A DNA stretch of 64,000 bases. It comes from a virus. Made by a program: the position numbers and the translations under genes. Below, piece by piece: positions 19,842-29,909 of this stretch. The stretch lies in the IMG/VR virus record IMGVR_UViG_3300032132_000754, positions 121,178 through 185,177 of that record; one strand, written 5' to 3'. The notes beneath the pieces were generated by a model. The model saw only the letters and a list, made by a program, of their open reading frames with translations, made no database searches and was not told the DNA's origin. The number at the start of each line of letters is the position of its first letter. The first letter of the stretch is position 1.

Positions 19842-20812
19842 TATTCTTCTGGAATAGCATCGATAGACTGACTCATGCTCTGAAGAGCTTTTCTGATTTG
19901 CTCTTTCTCATCATCAGAATGTCCAACTTTTACCTTCTGAGGAGTAGCCATGCTAGACTTGACACTCTGGATTGGCGATTGAACAGGTTCAGTCCTAGGA
20001 TGCTTCTTGACCTTAGGATGAATGACTGGTCTTGGAGCAGGTGCTTTAGGAGCTGGTGCTGGTTTAGTCGGTGTAGGCTCTGCCGCTGGCTCAGGTTCAT
20101 CAAAACCAGGGCCTAGATCCAGTGGTTCCATTTCAGCTTTTGGTTTCTTCGGAGGTTTAGGTGGAGCAGGTGGCTTCGGAGGTTTAGGTGGTTTTGGTTT
20201 ACTTAATTGTGGTTCAAGCTCAGGTTCCGGCAATTCCGGCTCCTCTTCAGCTTTCTTAACTGCTTTTTGTCGTTTAGCATCTTCAGACCCTCTAGACTGA
20301 ATCGCTTTATCTAACAATTCACTTTTAGTGTCTATATCGAGTTCATTCCAGTCTTTGTGTGGATAGTCTTTGGCGGCTAATCCTTCAGCTTCTTCTTTAT
20401 CGTCAGTTGTAGCTTTTAAAGCGTATAGTCTACCCCTTACCGGCCTGGTAGAAATCTTTGCCATATTATAAGTCCGATAAGCTCTGCGGAAAATATCTGG
20501 CAATAAAGTTTTCCCAATTCTATATCGAGACTTCATGTTGTTTACTTTAAGGATGTCTGGAAGAGCTTTTTGTACTGCAGCCAATTCTTCTTCATCAGCT
20601 AATACTGCTAAATTTAAACCACATAGAAATTTCTTTTTGACATCATGTCTATCGGTCATGCGCCAAGTTCCTAAATATAGGACAATCGGGCTCGGGTGAG
20701 ACATAACAGCTTGACCACGGCGAATCTTCTGATAATCGAAATATAGTTTTTCGCCATAATCGTCAGAATTTTCGAAGATTGTTTGTGGTTCAGCTATTTC
20801 TTCTAAAAACAT
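19841..20812 (-). CDS. Possible DNA end protector (T4 gp2-like) with Pro-rich tail
   Basis: PIVLYLG...FLCGLNL...AYRTY resembles gp2-type motifs from recall; long Pro/Lys linker. Confidence 0.4.
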   Translation of the reverse strand: MFLEEIAEPQTIFENSDDYGEKLYFDYQKIRRGQAVMSHPSPIVLYLGTWRMTDRHDVKKKFLCGLNLAVLADEEELAAVQKALPDILKVNNMKSRYRIGKTLLPDIFRRAYRTYNMAKISTRPVRGRLYALKATTDDKEEAEGLAAKDYPHKDWNELDIDTKSELLDKAIQSRGSEDAKRQKAVKKAEEEPELPEPELEPQLSKPKPPKPPKPPAPPKPPKKPKAEMEPLDLGPGFDEPEPAAEPTPTKPAPAPKAPAPRPVIHPKVKKHPRTEPVQSPIQSVKSSMATPQKVKVGHSDDEKEQIRKALQSMSQSIDAIPEE

Positions 20813-21015
20813 TAGTTCAACTGCCCTGACATGCCGTTAATCTTCATCGTAATCTTTCCAAGCTGACGACATTCGGCTCTAATATCTCTTGAACCGTCAG
20901 GGCGTAATTGGAATGGTCCATATCCAACATCAATAGACTTGGGCATAATGATTGGTTGTAGTTTTTTGGCTACTGGTCGTCCTAAGACGCACTTTTTAGC
21001 ACGGATCTGATACAT
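20812..21015 (-). CDS. Hypothetical protein
   Basis: 67 aa, TAATG coupling to the next gene. Confidence 0.45.
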   Translation of the reverse strand: MYQIRAKKCVLGRPVAKKLQPIIMPKSIDVGYGPFQLRPDGSRDIRAECRQLGKITMKINGMSGQLN

Positions 21016-21262
21016 TATTTCCCTTTTCTACTTTAATGAATTTGTCTTGGCCTTGCAAGACTCGATCAGAATAGTATTGAAATTCCCTGAAATTATTAAA
21101 ACGACGGATTAGGCGATCGCCATCCATCAATTTATATTGGCCAAGGGCTCGTTCAGATTCTTGGGTACGTAAAAGAGTTAACCTAGATAGGGATTCAGCT
21201 GGGACACCAGACTTGGAACCAAGTTTGGTACTATTCTTAGCCGTTACTACTTTCAGGTTCAT
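20996..21262 (-). CDS. Hypothetical protein
   Basis: ORF in operon; start moved to MNLKVV. Confidence 0.45.
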   Translation of the reverse strand: MNLKVVTAKNSTKLGSKSGVPAESLSRLTLLRTQESERALGQYKLMDGDRLIRRFNNFREFQYYSDRVLQGQDKFIKVEKGNNVSDPC

Positions 21263-21692
21263 CTTTTTGGATCGACATCTTTCCATGCTGCATTAGAACT
21301 TCAACTTGGCGCTTACGCACACCAGTCAATTTATCTAACGCACTCTTTTTATTTTTGGATCCTGCCTTCTTTACAACACTAGGATTAGCTTCAGTTCCTG
21401 TGATGACACAAGTAAAATCTTCCTTAATAAAAAGACCTTCCTTCAAAAGTTCCAAAGCTCGACCAGGGTTAACCGGCCCAGGCCAGAATGCAACCTGCTT
21501 AGATAACGGTGAGAACCGGCCAGCAGAAAGGTAAGTCGAACGGTTCTCTAGATAACCGCCGCGACCAGGCACAGAAGGCAATTCGTTTCGATGCCGAACA
21601 ACAACCAACCTCTCATCTCGCAAGACGAAGAATTCTTTTGAATCGGGATCGTTTAATAGTGAATCGGGTGAAGTAATGTCAGTTTCGCTCAT
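21237..21692 (-). CDS. Hypothetical protein
   Basis: 151 aa, AGGAG SD. Confidence 0.6.
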   Translation of the reverse strand: MSETDITSPDSLLNDPDSKEFFVLRDERLVVVRHRNELPSVPGRGGYLENRSTYLSAGRFSPLSKQVAFWPGPVNPGRALELLKEGLFIKEDFTCVITGTEANPSVVKKAGSKNKKSALDKLTGVRKRQVEVLMQHGKMSIQKDEPESSNG

Positions 21693-21716
21693 AGTTGCTC
21701 CTACGAGGTTATTTAC

Positions 21717-22112
21717 TTAGGACCCATCGCGCTCTGGTATAATGCGATGGCAGCTAGCAGTCTGAACAGCATGCTTAACATTTAAGCCCCTACGAATAAG
21801 CATGATCTCAGAATTGCGCAAAACAGGGTCGTCAAAACCGATGAGACGTCCGTTTTTATATGGCAGGTGAGTGCTAAAACTAGTGCTAGTCAGCCCAAAA
21901 GCTTGACGTACAGTTGAAACCCTAGATGGATTATAAGCTTGTTTTTGGATATTAGAACGTTGATGCGGTGTTCCAGTAGTGTCCCGATGAATAGTATTTA
22001 ATGCAGCTACGCCAATTGTCGATGCTACGTCGAAATGATTAGTTTGCTTTTTCTCTGAAGCAGCCAGGTTATTGACCACAGTAACTATAACGTAATCATT
22101 CAATCCAAACAT
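21717..22112 (-). CDS. Hypothetical protein (putative late gene)
   Basis: 131 aa; CAAAGATAG-AAC-ATG motif upstream. Confidence 0.55.
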   Translation of the reverse strand: MFGLNDYVIVTVVNNLAASEKKQTNHFDVASTIGVAALNTIHRDTTGTPHQRSNIQKQAYNPSRVSTVRQAFGLTSTSFSTHLPYKNGRLIGFDDPVLRNSEIMLIRRGLNVKHAVQTASCHRIIPERDGS

Positions 22113-22155
22113 GTTCTATCTTTGATGGCACAAAAATACGATACTGGAAAACCGC

Positions 22156-23238
22156 ATGGATTTAAACGAAGAGCTTCTAAAAGACATTATGGAACGCCAA
22201 GAGAGTAACTGGGCTAAACGGGACTCTAAAGACGGTAAAAAACAAGTAAGCCAGGAATACTCGGCCCATAAAAAACGGCGAAATGCAACTGGAGCCGCGC
22301 GAGAGCAGAACAAGCGAGTTCGAGGCACAGAAAAAGGCCACAAACAAGCCGCAGCCCGTGATAAAGTTCGCCGAGCTAAAGAACAAGGCGAGATTAAACA
22401 ACCTAAAACTTGTCCAAAATGCGGCACTGCTACTAGCGATATGATTTTCGACCACGATAAGAGCTATGAAAAATCAGATCAACTCGCTGGAAGATTCATG
22501 TGTAGGACGTGTCACAATAGAAAGGATAACAACAAACCAGGAGACAAATCCACTAAAGGAAAGCGTCGCCCTGGCATTATTGGCAAATCCAAAGGCGATA
22601 CTGAAATCGCTAAGACTAAAGCCGAGGCCGTCAGAAAAGAAATTTCACCAATCCAAGAAATTATCAACATTATGGATGATGGTTGGGACGTAATGAACGA
22701 AGGTTGGGACGAATTAGGAATTGAAGACCCCAATTTGCCAGGAGACGAGCCACAGGGCGCTGATTGCATGCGATTTAGAGAAGAATTCTTCAAAGAATGG
22801 GAAGAATGGGAAGGCCCAGACGCCGAATTCGAAGCCGAAGAATTTAGTGAAGAACACCATGAACGTTGTAAAGGCTGCCAGACATGGCTTGAAGTCGAAA
22901 TGAACCAAGTAGAAAAACCTTTTATGGATTGGTTATTCAATCGACTAACCGACGATCCAGAAGAGGTAAAGCGCCTAAAACAAAATGTCGAGCGATCCAG
23001 ACGACGGGAAGCGAAGTCTCAAAATAATAAAGCGCCTGCCGAGCCCCCAGCAGGTTGGCAAATGGATTGCAACGCCGCGAGAGACATCATCGATCAATTA
23101 GATCAAAACAATCCTAAAGAATGGCAGCAAATGGAGCAACATACTCGAACGTGCGAAAATTGCACACATTATCTGCATCAAACAGGGCCCTATGAAGGCA
23201 AGCTTGGATTCAATCCAGACGATTTAGATTACGATTGA
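22156..23238 (+). CDS. Multidomain protein: HNH-like Zn domain plus two HxxxCxxC (zf-HC2/ZAS-like) motifs
   Basis: CPKCG...DHDKSY...MCRTCHN; DC..F...HHERCKGC and MDC...HTRTCENC; CAAAAATAC upstream. Confidence 0.55.
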   Translation: MDLNEELLKDIMERQESNWAKRDSKDGKKQVSQEYSAHKKRRNATGAAREQNKRVRGTEKGHKQAAARDKVRRAKEQGEIKQPKTCPKCGTATSDMIFDHDKSYEKSDQLAGRFMCRTCHNRKDNNKPGDKSTKGKRRPGIIGKSKGDTEIAKTKAEAVRKEISPIQEIINIMDDGWDVMNEGWDELGIEDPNLPGDEPQGADCMRFREEFFKEWEEWEGPDAEFEAEEFSEEHHERCKGCQTWLEVEMNQVEKPFMDWLFNRLTDDPEEVKRLKQNVERSRRREAKSQNNKAPAEPPAGWQMDCNAARDIIDQLDQNNPKEWQQMEQHTRTCENCTHYLHQTGPYEGKLGFNPDDLDYD

Positions 23239-23582
23239 TGCAGATCGTATTTTCGGTACGTAACGATTGCACCATAAACACTATGGGTCAACACTGCGCC
23301 GAATTTTTCCCAGGACCATATCATATGGTTATAACAACTGGCAGCTCGTTCTAGTTTATCATCGACGGATTGTAGGCTACCAGGGCTTGTAACATCTATT
23401 ACTAAATCACTAGTAAAACGAGATTTAGCAGTCACTATAGTGTCTTCAAAAAAGAATTCCATAATTTCAAATGGACGCCCAGGGCGATTCATATGCATTA
23501 CAAAAACTTTATCGTTATTTCGAAAAACTCCGTTAATTTTATTCTTTAATAAATGCTCGTGAACAAGATCGATTGTATTCAT
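23229..23582 (-). CDS. DP-motif paralog family member
   Basis: N-term IDLVHEHLLKN; VIDVTSPGSLQSV; GTA 13 nt upstream. Confidence 0.6.
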   Translation of the reverse strand: MNTIDLVHEHLLKNKINGVFRNNDKVFVMHMNRPGRPFEIMEFFFEDTIVTAKSRFTSDLVIDVTSPGSLQSVDDKLERAASCYNHMIWSWEKFGAVLTHSVYGAIVTYRKYDLHQS

Positions 23583-23601
23583 ACAATTTAAATACTAAAC
23601 T

Positions 23602-24453
23602 TTATCTAACGTCTGGCAGATCTAAATCTGGAGCGTCGTAGTCGTCGTCATCATCATAATCGGGATGGTTAGATGAAATATGCGTAGAGCGGTGCACTCT
23701 CTGAACCTCCGGAGAATCTGTTTTACGTACTCGACAGGTAGCACAAATGGTGTCAGTAGTAAGGTAGCTGCCTCCGCCTGCTTTAGCGATGGCTGACAAC
23801 ATTACAACATTTTGTTCTGCACTAACGCCAAAGCAGAAGATTCCGATTTTTCCTTTTTTACGATCTGTTCGTGCTTTCTGCAATTTATCGATTAGAATTT
23901 TAACTTCTGACGGTTTCTTACCTTGAAAACTTGGATAAGTATTGTTCCCATCAGAGAAAAGAATAATAGTTAAATCATCACGATGAATATTTAATTCAAA
24001 TGCTTTTTGGATAGCTGAGCCAATATCAGTATAACTAGTACATCTTACTTTATTTAGAAAATCGTTAGCCGATTTCACTGCATTTAAACTGGGAAGCTTT
24101 GCCCATCCGGTCGGCGGTGGTTTTGGATCGTCTTTTTCTTTAAGACCTGCCCAGAAACTCATCTCGTTTAATGTAGATTGAAATGTGAACATGCTAAACA
24201 TGGCTTCGTCTGTAGGCATATGTAGTATGCCATTTACTTCGCGCATCGCCACTTTAAAACGGTCATTTCTACCCATTGAAGTAGAACAATCAAATAAGAA
24301 AATAATGTTCTTTGTTACACGTTGTTTGGTTCTAACAACGTGTGTGATAATTGGTTTAGTTGGTGGTTTAGCCCCTTGCTTGGTATCTTGGCCACCACCT
24401 CCGGGGCAAGCAATACCAAATAACAAGGCTAATACTAGAAAAATCTTCTTCAT
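23602..24453 (-). CDS. vWA-domain putative lipoprotein
   Basis: Signal peptide ending LFGIAC; MIDAS DCSTS, T, and LFSDG. Confidence 0.75.
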   Translation of the reverse strand: MKKIFLVLALLFGIACPGGGGQDTKQGAKPPTKPIITHVVRTKQRVTKNIIFLFDCSTSMGRNDRFKVAMREVNGILHMPTDEAMFSMFTFQSTLNEMSFWAGLKEKDDPKPPPTGWAKLPSLNAVKSANDFLNKVRCTSYTDIGSAIQKAFELNIHRDDLTIILFSDGNNTYPSFQGKKPSEVKILIDKLQKARTDRKKGKIGIFCFGVSAEQNVVMLSAIAKAGGGSYLTTDTICATCRVRKTDSPEVQRVHRSTHISSNHPDYDDDDDYDAPDLDLPDVR

Positions 24454-24462
24454 ATTTGGCGT

Positions 24463-24663
24463 TTATAAAGACCTGTATACATGACCAATATCCTTAATAT
24501 GCTCAACTTGAACGTCATTATCGATTTCTTTATCTGATAAGAATTGAACGGTTAAGTTGAACCCGTTGCATTGAATGCTGGCTATGTTCGTACCTTCCGG
24601 TAAGTCAAGCCAATCCTCAAGTTGTGTAATCGGAATTGTGAACGAAGCCCGATTTAGTTCCAT
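24463..24663 (-). CDS. Hypothetical protein
   Basis: 66 aa, TAATG coupling. Confidence 0.45.
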   Translation of the reverse strand: MELNRASFTIPITQLEDWLDLPEGTNIASIQCNGFNLTVQFLSDKEIDNDVQVEHIKDIGHVYRSL

Positions 24664-25103
24664 TAAATGGCTGCTAATAGAAGAGGTAGAAGGAAACGGG
24701 CCCCAGCTGTCCCGATAGCTTTGGCAATTTCTAAAGCTTGTTCTTTTGCCTTTTCACGGTCTACTTCTTCTTGGGCAACATCGACCGCATCCCTAAGCAT
24801 ACCATCGATGAGGTCATCCGCCGAAGAAGCCCCAGATCTAATAAATTCTAACTGGGCTTCATGCGTATCGCCACGGGCTACGTGAGAAACGAATAATGTT
24901 AAACCTTTGCCGCCTAGCAACACTAGACTAGATTTATGGCTCTTTACAATATCTAGAGCTTGTGTTGCTCCTTGTTTAAGAAATTCGTCATCGGTTTTAT
25001 CAATTAATCTGCCTAACTCGCCAGCTAAGTCATCAAACCATTCATCGCTATTGTCGTCATATTGACCTTGCAATGCGTCAAGTGCTTGTCTAAATAATGA
25101 CAT
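24663..25103 (-). CDS. Hypothetical protein with hydrophobic C-terminus
   Basis: Ends GARFLLPLLLAAI; coupled to the lipoprotein gene. Confidence 0.55.
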   Translation of the reverse strand: MSLFRQALDALQGQYDDNSDEWFDDLAGELGRLIDKTDDEFLKQGATQALDIVKSHKSSLVLLGGKGLTLFVSHVARGDTHEAQLEFIRSGASSADDLIDGMLRDAVDVAQEEVDREKAKEQALEIAKAIGTAGARFLLPLLLAAI

Positions 25104-25381
25104 CAGTTACCCTCTGGATCTAGACCTAATTCTACTAGAACTAGTTTCACGTCAGCAGGCGGTTCATTACCATTGACATTCCATTCGAATGCCCAAAACG
25201 CGACTCGTGAAGCATGGATATACCTACGATCTTGCTCTGGAGTAGTTTCACCGCTCTCCATCAAGTTGACATATTGGTCGGCACGCGCGGCGTTGCGACT
25301 AGCAACATCTCTAACTTTTTGAGAGACACATCCGGTCGTAAAAACTAAAGCCAATAACGTTGTGTACAGTAATTTTTTCAT
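25103..25381 (-). CDS. Putative small lipoprotein
   Basis: MKKLLYTTLLALVFTTGC lipobox; AAGGAG SD. Confidence 0.7.
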   Translation of the reverse strand: MKKLLYTTLLALVFTTGCVSQKVRDVASRNAARADQYVNLMESGETTPEQDRRYIHASRVAFWAFEWNVNGNEPPADVKLVLVELGLDPEGN

Positions 25382-25383
25382 CT

Positions 25384-25677
25384 TTACTCCTTGTTGAGAG
25401 CGTAACGCCCTTTAGATGCATCAGCAATTACATCAATAAATACTGATAACAAATCATTTTCTATCCTAATTGAGTTTTGCTTTGCGATACCCAAAATAAC
25501 GTCCATCACAGCTTTCTTCTTTTCAGGACCACCCTCTACGTCATATGCTTTAGCTCTTACTTCAGCAGATTCCATAATTTGTGGCAGCAAGATGAATAAA
25601 TCGGTTGGGTCGCACAAATCATATAGCTTACTAAGCTTCTTTACCGTTTCTGCCAATTTTTCTGGTTTGTAGATCAT
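25384..25677 (-). CDS. Hypothetical protein
   Basis: Start moved to ATGA overlap at 25677; GPEKKKAV helix motif. Confidence 0.5.
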   Translation of the reverse strand: MIYKPEKLAETVKKLSKLYDLCDPTDLFILLPQIMESAEVRAKAYDVEGGPEKKKAVMDVILGIAKQNSIRIENDLLSVFIDVIADASKGRYALNKE

Positions 25678-26411
25678 TTTGTGTGTAGCTTTACTTTCCA
25701 AACACAATCGATGTGATCGGCCACTGGAACGCACGGAACACCAGCCTTGTAGACTGCATGGTCGTTACCTCCTGGCTCTAAAGCATCGCCGAAAAATAAG
25801 ATATCTTCTCTTTTGCAATGAAGATATTTTTCGATCATCTCTACGGCGAACCCTTTGTCCATGCCCCTGCGAGTAACATCAATACTAGTGGTACCGCCTA
25901 ACCGGACATCGAAGTCAGGCAATAGAGGCCGCATGATATCAAGTATTTCATGGCGGCGGCTACGCGTAGGGTCCCAGCCCTTTTTTAATTCGTACGGAGC
26001 TTCTTGGCCTAGCGCACTAAAAGTGACTTGAGAACCTCGTTCTTCTAAGACATCTCCAAAGGTTGTAGGTTCGTAATAACCGGTTTGTACAAACGCTTCA
26101 TTAAAAACACGGAAAATGACGCTGACTTCATCGTCTTCTAAATCATTCTTATAGACATTTTTAAGGTCGCCGTTTTCACCAACAGTGTAATAAGATGTTC
26201 CACTAGTGGGGAATAAATGTAAGCGTTCGAACCCATCACAAGTTGGGATCAGAGGTCCAATTAGTTGTTCTTTAAATTGTTCAATCTTTCCGCCGCTGAT
26301 AACACAGACTCTGTTTGAGAACAATAGTTTAACAAGTAGAGATTTCATTTGTTCGTCGATTGGACTCTTGCTTTGGGCTAGCGTGCCATCTAAATCGAAT
26401 GCTAAAATCAT
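25674..26411 (-). CDS. HAD subclass IIB hydrolase, phosphomannomutase-like
   Basis: FDLDGTL, VISGG, EERGSQVTFSALG, GGTTSIDV...DKG, FFGD...GGND. Confidence 0.8.
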   Translation of the reverse strand: MILAFDLDGTLAQSKSPIDEQMKSLLVKLLFSNRVCVISGGKIEQFKEQLIGPLIPTCDGFERLHLFPTSGTSYYTVGENGDLKNVYKNDLEDDEVSVIFRVFNEAFVQTGYYEPTTFGDVLEERGSQVTFSALGQEAPYELKKGWDPTRSRRHEILDIMRPLLPDFDVRLGGTTSIDVTRRGMDKGFAVEMIEKYLHCKREDILFFGDALEPGGNDHAVYKAGVPCVPVADHIDCVWKVKLHTK

Positions 26412-26869
26412 TTGGCTCCTTCTAGACGATAGACGGTGATATTCCCGTCTATTCTCTCAGAGAATGCTTTAATTTCTTTTAAATACCGAACCCAATCACC
26501 GCCAGCCGCCCCGCAACCGATACGCCACGGGAAAGCGAAGTCACCTTCAAGTTGTTCCAATTGTTCTAAACATTCTTGGAAATAATGAAGCCTAGCTTCG
26601 CCGCCATCTTTTCTAGAATTAGGAAATCGGCTAAAACCAGGGTAATATTGTCCGAACAAGGCAACAACCATGCGTTGGTCACCTGTTCCTGTAAGGCTTA
26701 CTGTACCAGGGACGTCATGAATTTTCCTATCCGTATAAACGTCAGAATACGGATACTTGTTAAAAACAGCTTTGGCTAAATGTGCCGACCTGGTCGTGAC
26801 ACAATTACACTGATGACATAAAAAAGTTTCCGTAGATTCGAAAAGATCGCCAGTAATAATTTTAAGCAT
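26408..26869 (-). CDS. Macrodomain (ADP-ribose processing) protein
   Basis: IITGDLF, CHQCNC, AFPWRIGCGAAGGDW. Confidence 0.8.
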   Translation of the reverse strand: MLKIITGDLFESTETFLCHQCNCVTTRSAHLAKAVFNKYPYSDVYTDRKIHDVPGTVSLTGTGDQRMVVALFGQYYPGFSRFPNSRKDGGEARLHYFQECLEQLEQLEGDFAFPWRIGCGAAGGDWVRYLKEIKAFSERIDGNITVYRLEGAK

Positions 26870-27425
26870 CGCAGTACATCGCATCCGTTCTTAGAACATA
26901 TTTAACACCCCAAAGCACCGGATCGCCTTGATGGAGGACAGGATGGTCGAAGATTAGCATCTTACCGGCTTTTGGTTTAACAATTTCGTCAATTTCATCG
27001 AACCTAGTCGCTCCGCCTTGAACGTCATCATTTAAGTAGATGAGAACAGTTAGATAACTCTGTTCTTGAGGGCTACGATGGTAAGCTCCATCGTAGTGCC
27101 ATTTGAAGTATTGGCCAGTAACATATTTGTAATATCGGAACCGCTCATTTAATCCACTGAATTTTCTGCCGCATCGTTCATTTGGAATATATTGTCTAAT
27201 TTTTTCTAATAATAAATCAGCGCGTTCTTTGTTGTCTTCGATTACTCTAGTGTTATTTCGAACATCTGAATTTTTTATCATCCCCTTTTTGGTGGTGATA
27301 GTGGCCTCTTTAGGCCCATTAGCTTCAATAAATTCAATGAGTTCTTCACACTCTTCAACAGTAAGAACGTTTTCGACAGTGTAAATCTGGACACCAATAG
27401 GGTCTTCGTAAATCATATGCTTCAT
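26862..27425 (-). CDS. 2OG-Fe(II) oxygenase, prolyl 4-hydroxylase-like
   Basis: LTVEEC, FRYYKY..GQYFKWHYD, LIYLND...GGAT.F, LHQG..V..GVKYVLR. Confidence 0.88.
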   Translation of the reverse strand: MKHMIYEDPIGVQIYTVENVLTVEECEELIEFIEANGPKEATITTKKGMIKNSDVRNNTRVIEDNKERADLLLEKIRQYIPNERCGRKFSGLNERFRYYKYVTGQYFKWHYDGAYHRSPQEQSYLTVLIYLNDDVQGGATRFDEIDEIVKPKAGKMLIFDHPVLHQGDPVLWGVKYVLRTDAMYCDA

Positions 27426-27440
27426 AATAATATATACAGA

Positions 27441-27563
27441 TTATCGTTCTAACCACCAGCAATGAGGGCAACCGCGTTTAAAGAAAAAGTTGTGAAACCA
27501 CTGAGGAAGATATCCTCCTGGGCGCAATTTAAATATGCAGCAGTCGTAGTGCCCAACGTCCAT
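27441..27563 (-). CDS. Possible small Cys/aromatic-rich peptide (40 aa)
   Basis: Manual translation MDVGHYDCCIFKLRPGGYLPQWFHNFFFKRGCPHCWWLER in the gap. Confidence 0.3.
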   Translation of the reverse strand: MDVGHYDCCIFKLRPGGYLPQWFHNFFFKRGCPHCWWLER

Positions 27564-27579
27564 AATGTTCAGATACGGC

Positions 27580-27607
27580 AATACCCACCTGGAGGAAGGT
27601 GGGTATT
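27580..27607 (-). terminator. Hairpin downstream of structural gene
   Basis: Perfect 11-bp inverted repeat AATACCCACCT/AGGTGGGTATT with 6-nt loop; no strong U tract. Confidence 0.5.
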
Positions 27608-27627
27608 TGGGGCGAGAAGATTAGATA

Positions 27628-28305
27628 TTAGGGACGTGCAGCAGTAACACGGTAGGTGACGCGGAGAATATCGCCACCGCCAACTACTTGGTCTCCACCA
27701 GTGAACAAAGCATGAGCCCAAAGAAGCGGGGTAGCACTAGTGCTCCCCTTGAGATTAGCCTCGGTCGCACCGACAGAACCTGGAGCACCCAGGACACCCA
27801 TTACTAAGAAAGAACCGGCAACGGTACCAGCGCCAGAAATATCAAAGTCAAGGAGGGAAGGGTTAACAAGTTGTTGGGAAGCTGCAGGGCCTGGATCGAC
27901 AACGCCAGTACCAGCCGTGTTGCCAGTGTCAGACCAGATAGCACGTGTATCAGTTTGAGCATTGACAGCGTAAGAAGTGAATTCAGTCCAACCAGCATGC
28001 GAAGCATGAGTATCAGCATTGGCTAGAGTAGCAGGGCCAGTAACAAGACCGACGGCGGCTCCGGCGTGGTTTGTTCCAGCGCGGAAGTATTTATCCAGAA
28101 TATCATCGAGGCCGTCATCGACGACGGCGTTTTTTGCGGTGTCTTTCCATCGTAAACTGCCATCTGCGCGATAACATGAGAACTCGAAGACTCCAAATGG
28201 ATTGAAAGTGTTGTTAAGTTGATCCATGGTTTTGTTCCTTGCCGCCTTAATTAGGATGGCCGATGTCTCGACGCCCAATTTAAATTTGCTCTTCTTTTTA
28301 GCCAC
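27628..28305 (-). CDS. Putative virion structural protein
   Basis: [14 protein letters not shown]...KNAVVDDG..., GDILRVTY phage structural pattern; GTG 28305 with AAGGA SD and CAAAAATAA motif. Confidence 0.65.
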   Translation of the reverse strand: MAKKKSKFKLGVETSAILIKAARNKTMDQLNNTFNPFGVFEFSCYRADGSLRWKDTAKNAVVDDGLDDILDKYFRAGTNHAGAAVGLVTGPATLANADTHASHAGWTEFTSYAVNAQTDTRAIWSDTGNTAGTGVVDPGPAASQQLVNPSLLDFDISGAGTVAGSFLVMGVLGAPGSVGATEANLKGSTSATPLLWAHALFTGGDQVVGGGDILRVTYRVTAARP

Positions 28306-28351
28306 TATAAAGATCCTTGATACAATTATTTTTGATGTATGTAATGAACTA

Positions 28352-29179
28352 ATGAAAGCATATTTAGATCTGTTACGTAACGTAATGAATAATGGTGTCC
28401 AGCGTGGAGATCGTACAGGCACTGGAACCAAAAGCATCTTCGGATGCCAGATTAGGTTTAACCTAGAAGATGGGTTTCCATTAGTCACCACCAAGAAAGT
28501 TCACTTAAAATCGATCATCCACGAACTGTTATGGTTTATAGCTGGAGATACCAACGTCAAGTACCTCCAAGATAACGGAGTTAAAATCTGGAACGAATGG
28601 GCTGATGAAAATGGAGACTTAGGACCAGTATATGGGCATCAATGGCGAAACTTCGGAACAAACCGAATCTTTACATTCGTTGATCAGAGAAGTGAAAACG
28701 ACAACGGCGTGGATCAGATGGAACGCCTAATTGATGGACTTAAAAAGAATCCGAATAGCAGACGACATATCATGTCTGCTTGGAACCCAGTCGATATCGA
28801 TCGTATGGCTCTGCCACCATGCCACGTACTAACTCAATTTTATGTACATGAAGGGAAATTAAGTTGCCAACTTTATCAGCGATCGGCTGACCTCTTATTG
28901 GGTGTTCCGTTCAACATCGCAAGTTATGCACTATTGTTAACGATGATCGCTCAAGTATGTAACTTGAAACCACATGAGTTTATCCATACCTTCGGCGATG
29001 CTCACATCTATAGCAATCACGTGGATCAGGTAAACTTGCAATTAAGTCGAGAAACCAGAGAACTTCCGACTATGACAGTAAATCCAGATGTTAAATCGAT
29101 CTTCGACTTTAAATATGAAGATTTCAAATTAACTAATTATAAACCGCACCCTAGAATTAGAGCACCAATCGCTGTATGA
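28352..29179 (+). CDS. thyA: Thymidylate synthase
   Basis: [43 protein letters not shown]; start at MKAYLDLL. Confidence 0.96.
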   Translation: MKAYLDLLRNVMNNGVQRGDRTGTGTKSIFGCQIRFNLEDGFPLVTTKKVHLKSIIHELLWFIAGDTNVKYLQDNGVKIWNEWADENGDLGPVYGHQWRNFGTNRIFTFVDQRSENDNGVDQMERLIDGLKKNPNSRRHIMSAWNPVDIDRMALPPCHVLTQFYVHEGKLSCQLYQRSADLLLGVPFNIASYALLLTMIAQVCNLKPHEFIHTFGDAHIYSNHVDQVNLQLSRETRELPTMTVNPDVKSIFDFKYEDFKLTNYKPHPRIRAPIAV

Positions 29180-29679
29180 ATTTAGAAGCTATCGCCGCCA
29201 TTTCCAAAAACCGTTGTATCGGAGTTGGTAACGAACTCCCCTGGCATTATAAGGAAGACATGAAACACTTCCGAAAGATCACCAGAAGTCGAGTAGTTAT
29301 TATGGGTCGAAAAACATTCGAATCCATTGGTAAACCTCTTCCGAAACGGATTAATCTTATCTTGACTCGCGATGAGGATTGGGAACCAACAAACGCCGAA
29401 GGCCATATGGGCACACACGTTGTCCATTCTAAAGAGGAAGCATTAGAACTTCTGCCAAAAATTCAAGACACCACTCTTAATCCAATGGTTATTGGTGGTG
29501 GAGAAGTTTACAAGCTTTTCCTACCAGAAACTAGCAAAATTCATCTAACATTGGTTAAGAAAGAATGCGAAGGCGATACGTTTTTCCCGGAATTGTCAGA
29601 AAACGAATGGGAAGTTGAGGAAGCGATAAATTCCCTTACTACACCAGAATTGCAATTTCAAACATGGGTCCGCAAATGA
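29176..29679 (+). CDS. folA: Dihydrofolate reductase
   Basis: [43 protein letters not shown]. Confidence 0.95.
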   Translation: MNLEAIAAISKNRCIGVGNELPWHYKEDMKHFRKITRSRVVIMGRKTFESIGKPLPKRINLILTRDEDWEPTNAEGHMGTHVVHSKEEALELLPKIQDTTLNPMVIGGGEVYKLFLPETSKIHLTLVKKECEGDTFFPELSENEWEVEEAINSLTTPELQFQTWVRK

Positions 29680-29909
29680 ACCTGAATAAGAAGCGTGGAT
29701 TTATTATACGCGGATTCGATTTTCATACTGGAGCAGAGACTGCTCCATTTTTCCGAGTTTATAACGAAGATAAGTCGTTCACCGATTATGATATCGCCAT
29801 CCATGATCTAGAAGTAGAGATCTGTGACCCAAACAATTTTTACACCATCCGTGAGCGAGAAGGAAAAAGGAAGTATTTAGACTATTCAGATAAGGTCCTC
29901 GGAAAATGA
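29676..29909 (+). CDS. Hypothetical protein
   Basis: ATGA-coupled small [19 protein letters not shown]. Confidence 0.55.
   Translation: MNLNKKRGFIIRGFDFHTGAETAPFFRVYNEDKSFTDYDIAIHDLEVEICDPNNFYTIREREGKRKYLDYSDKVLGK

Noticed and set aside
28226-28494. Long overlap between thyA and the opposite-strand structural gene in the ORF track
   Set aside because: Better starts at 28352 (thyA) and 28305 (structural gene) remove the overlap
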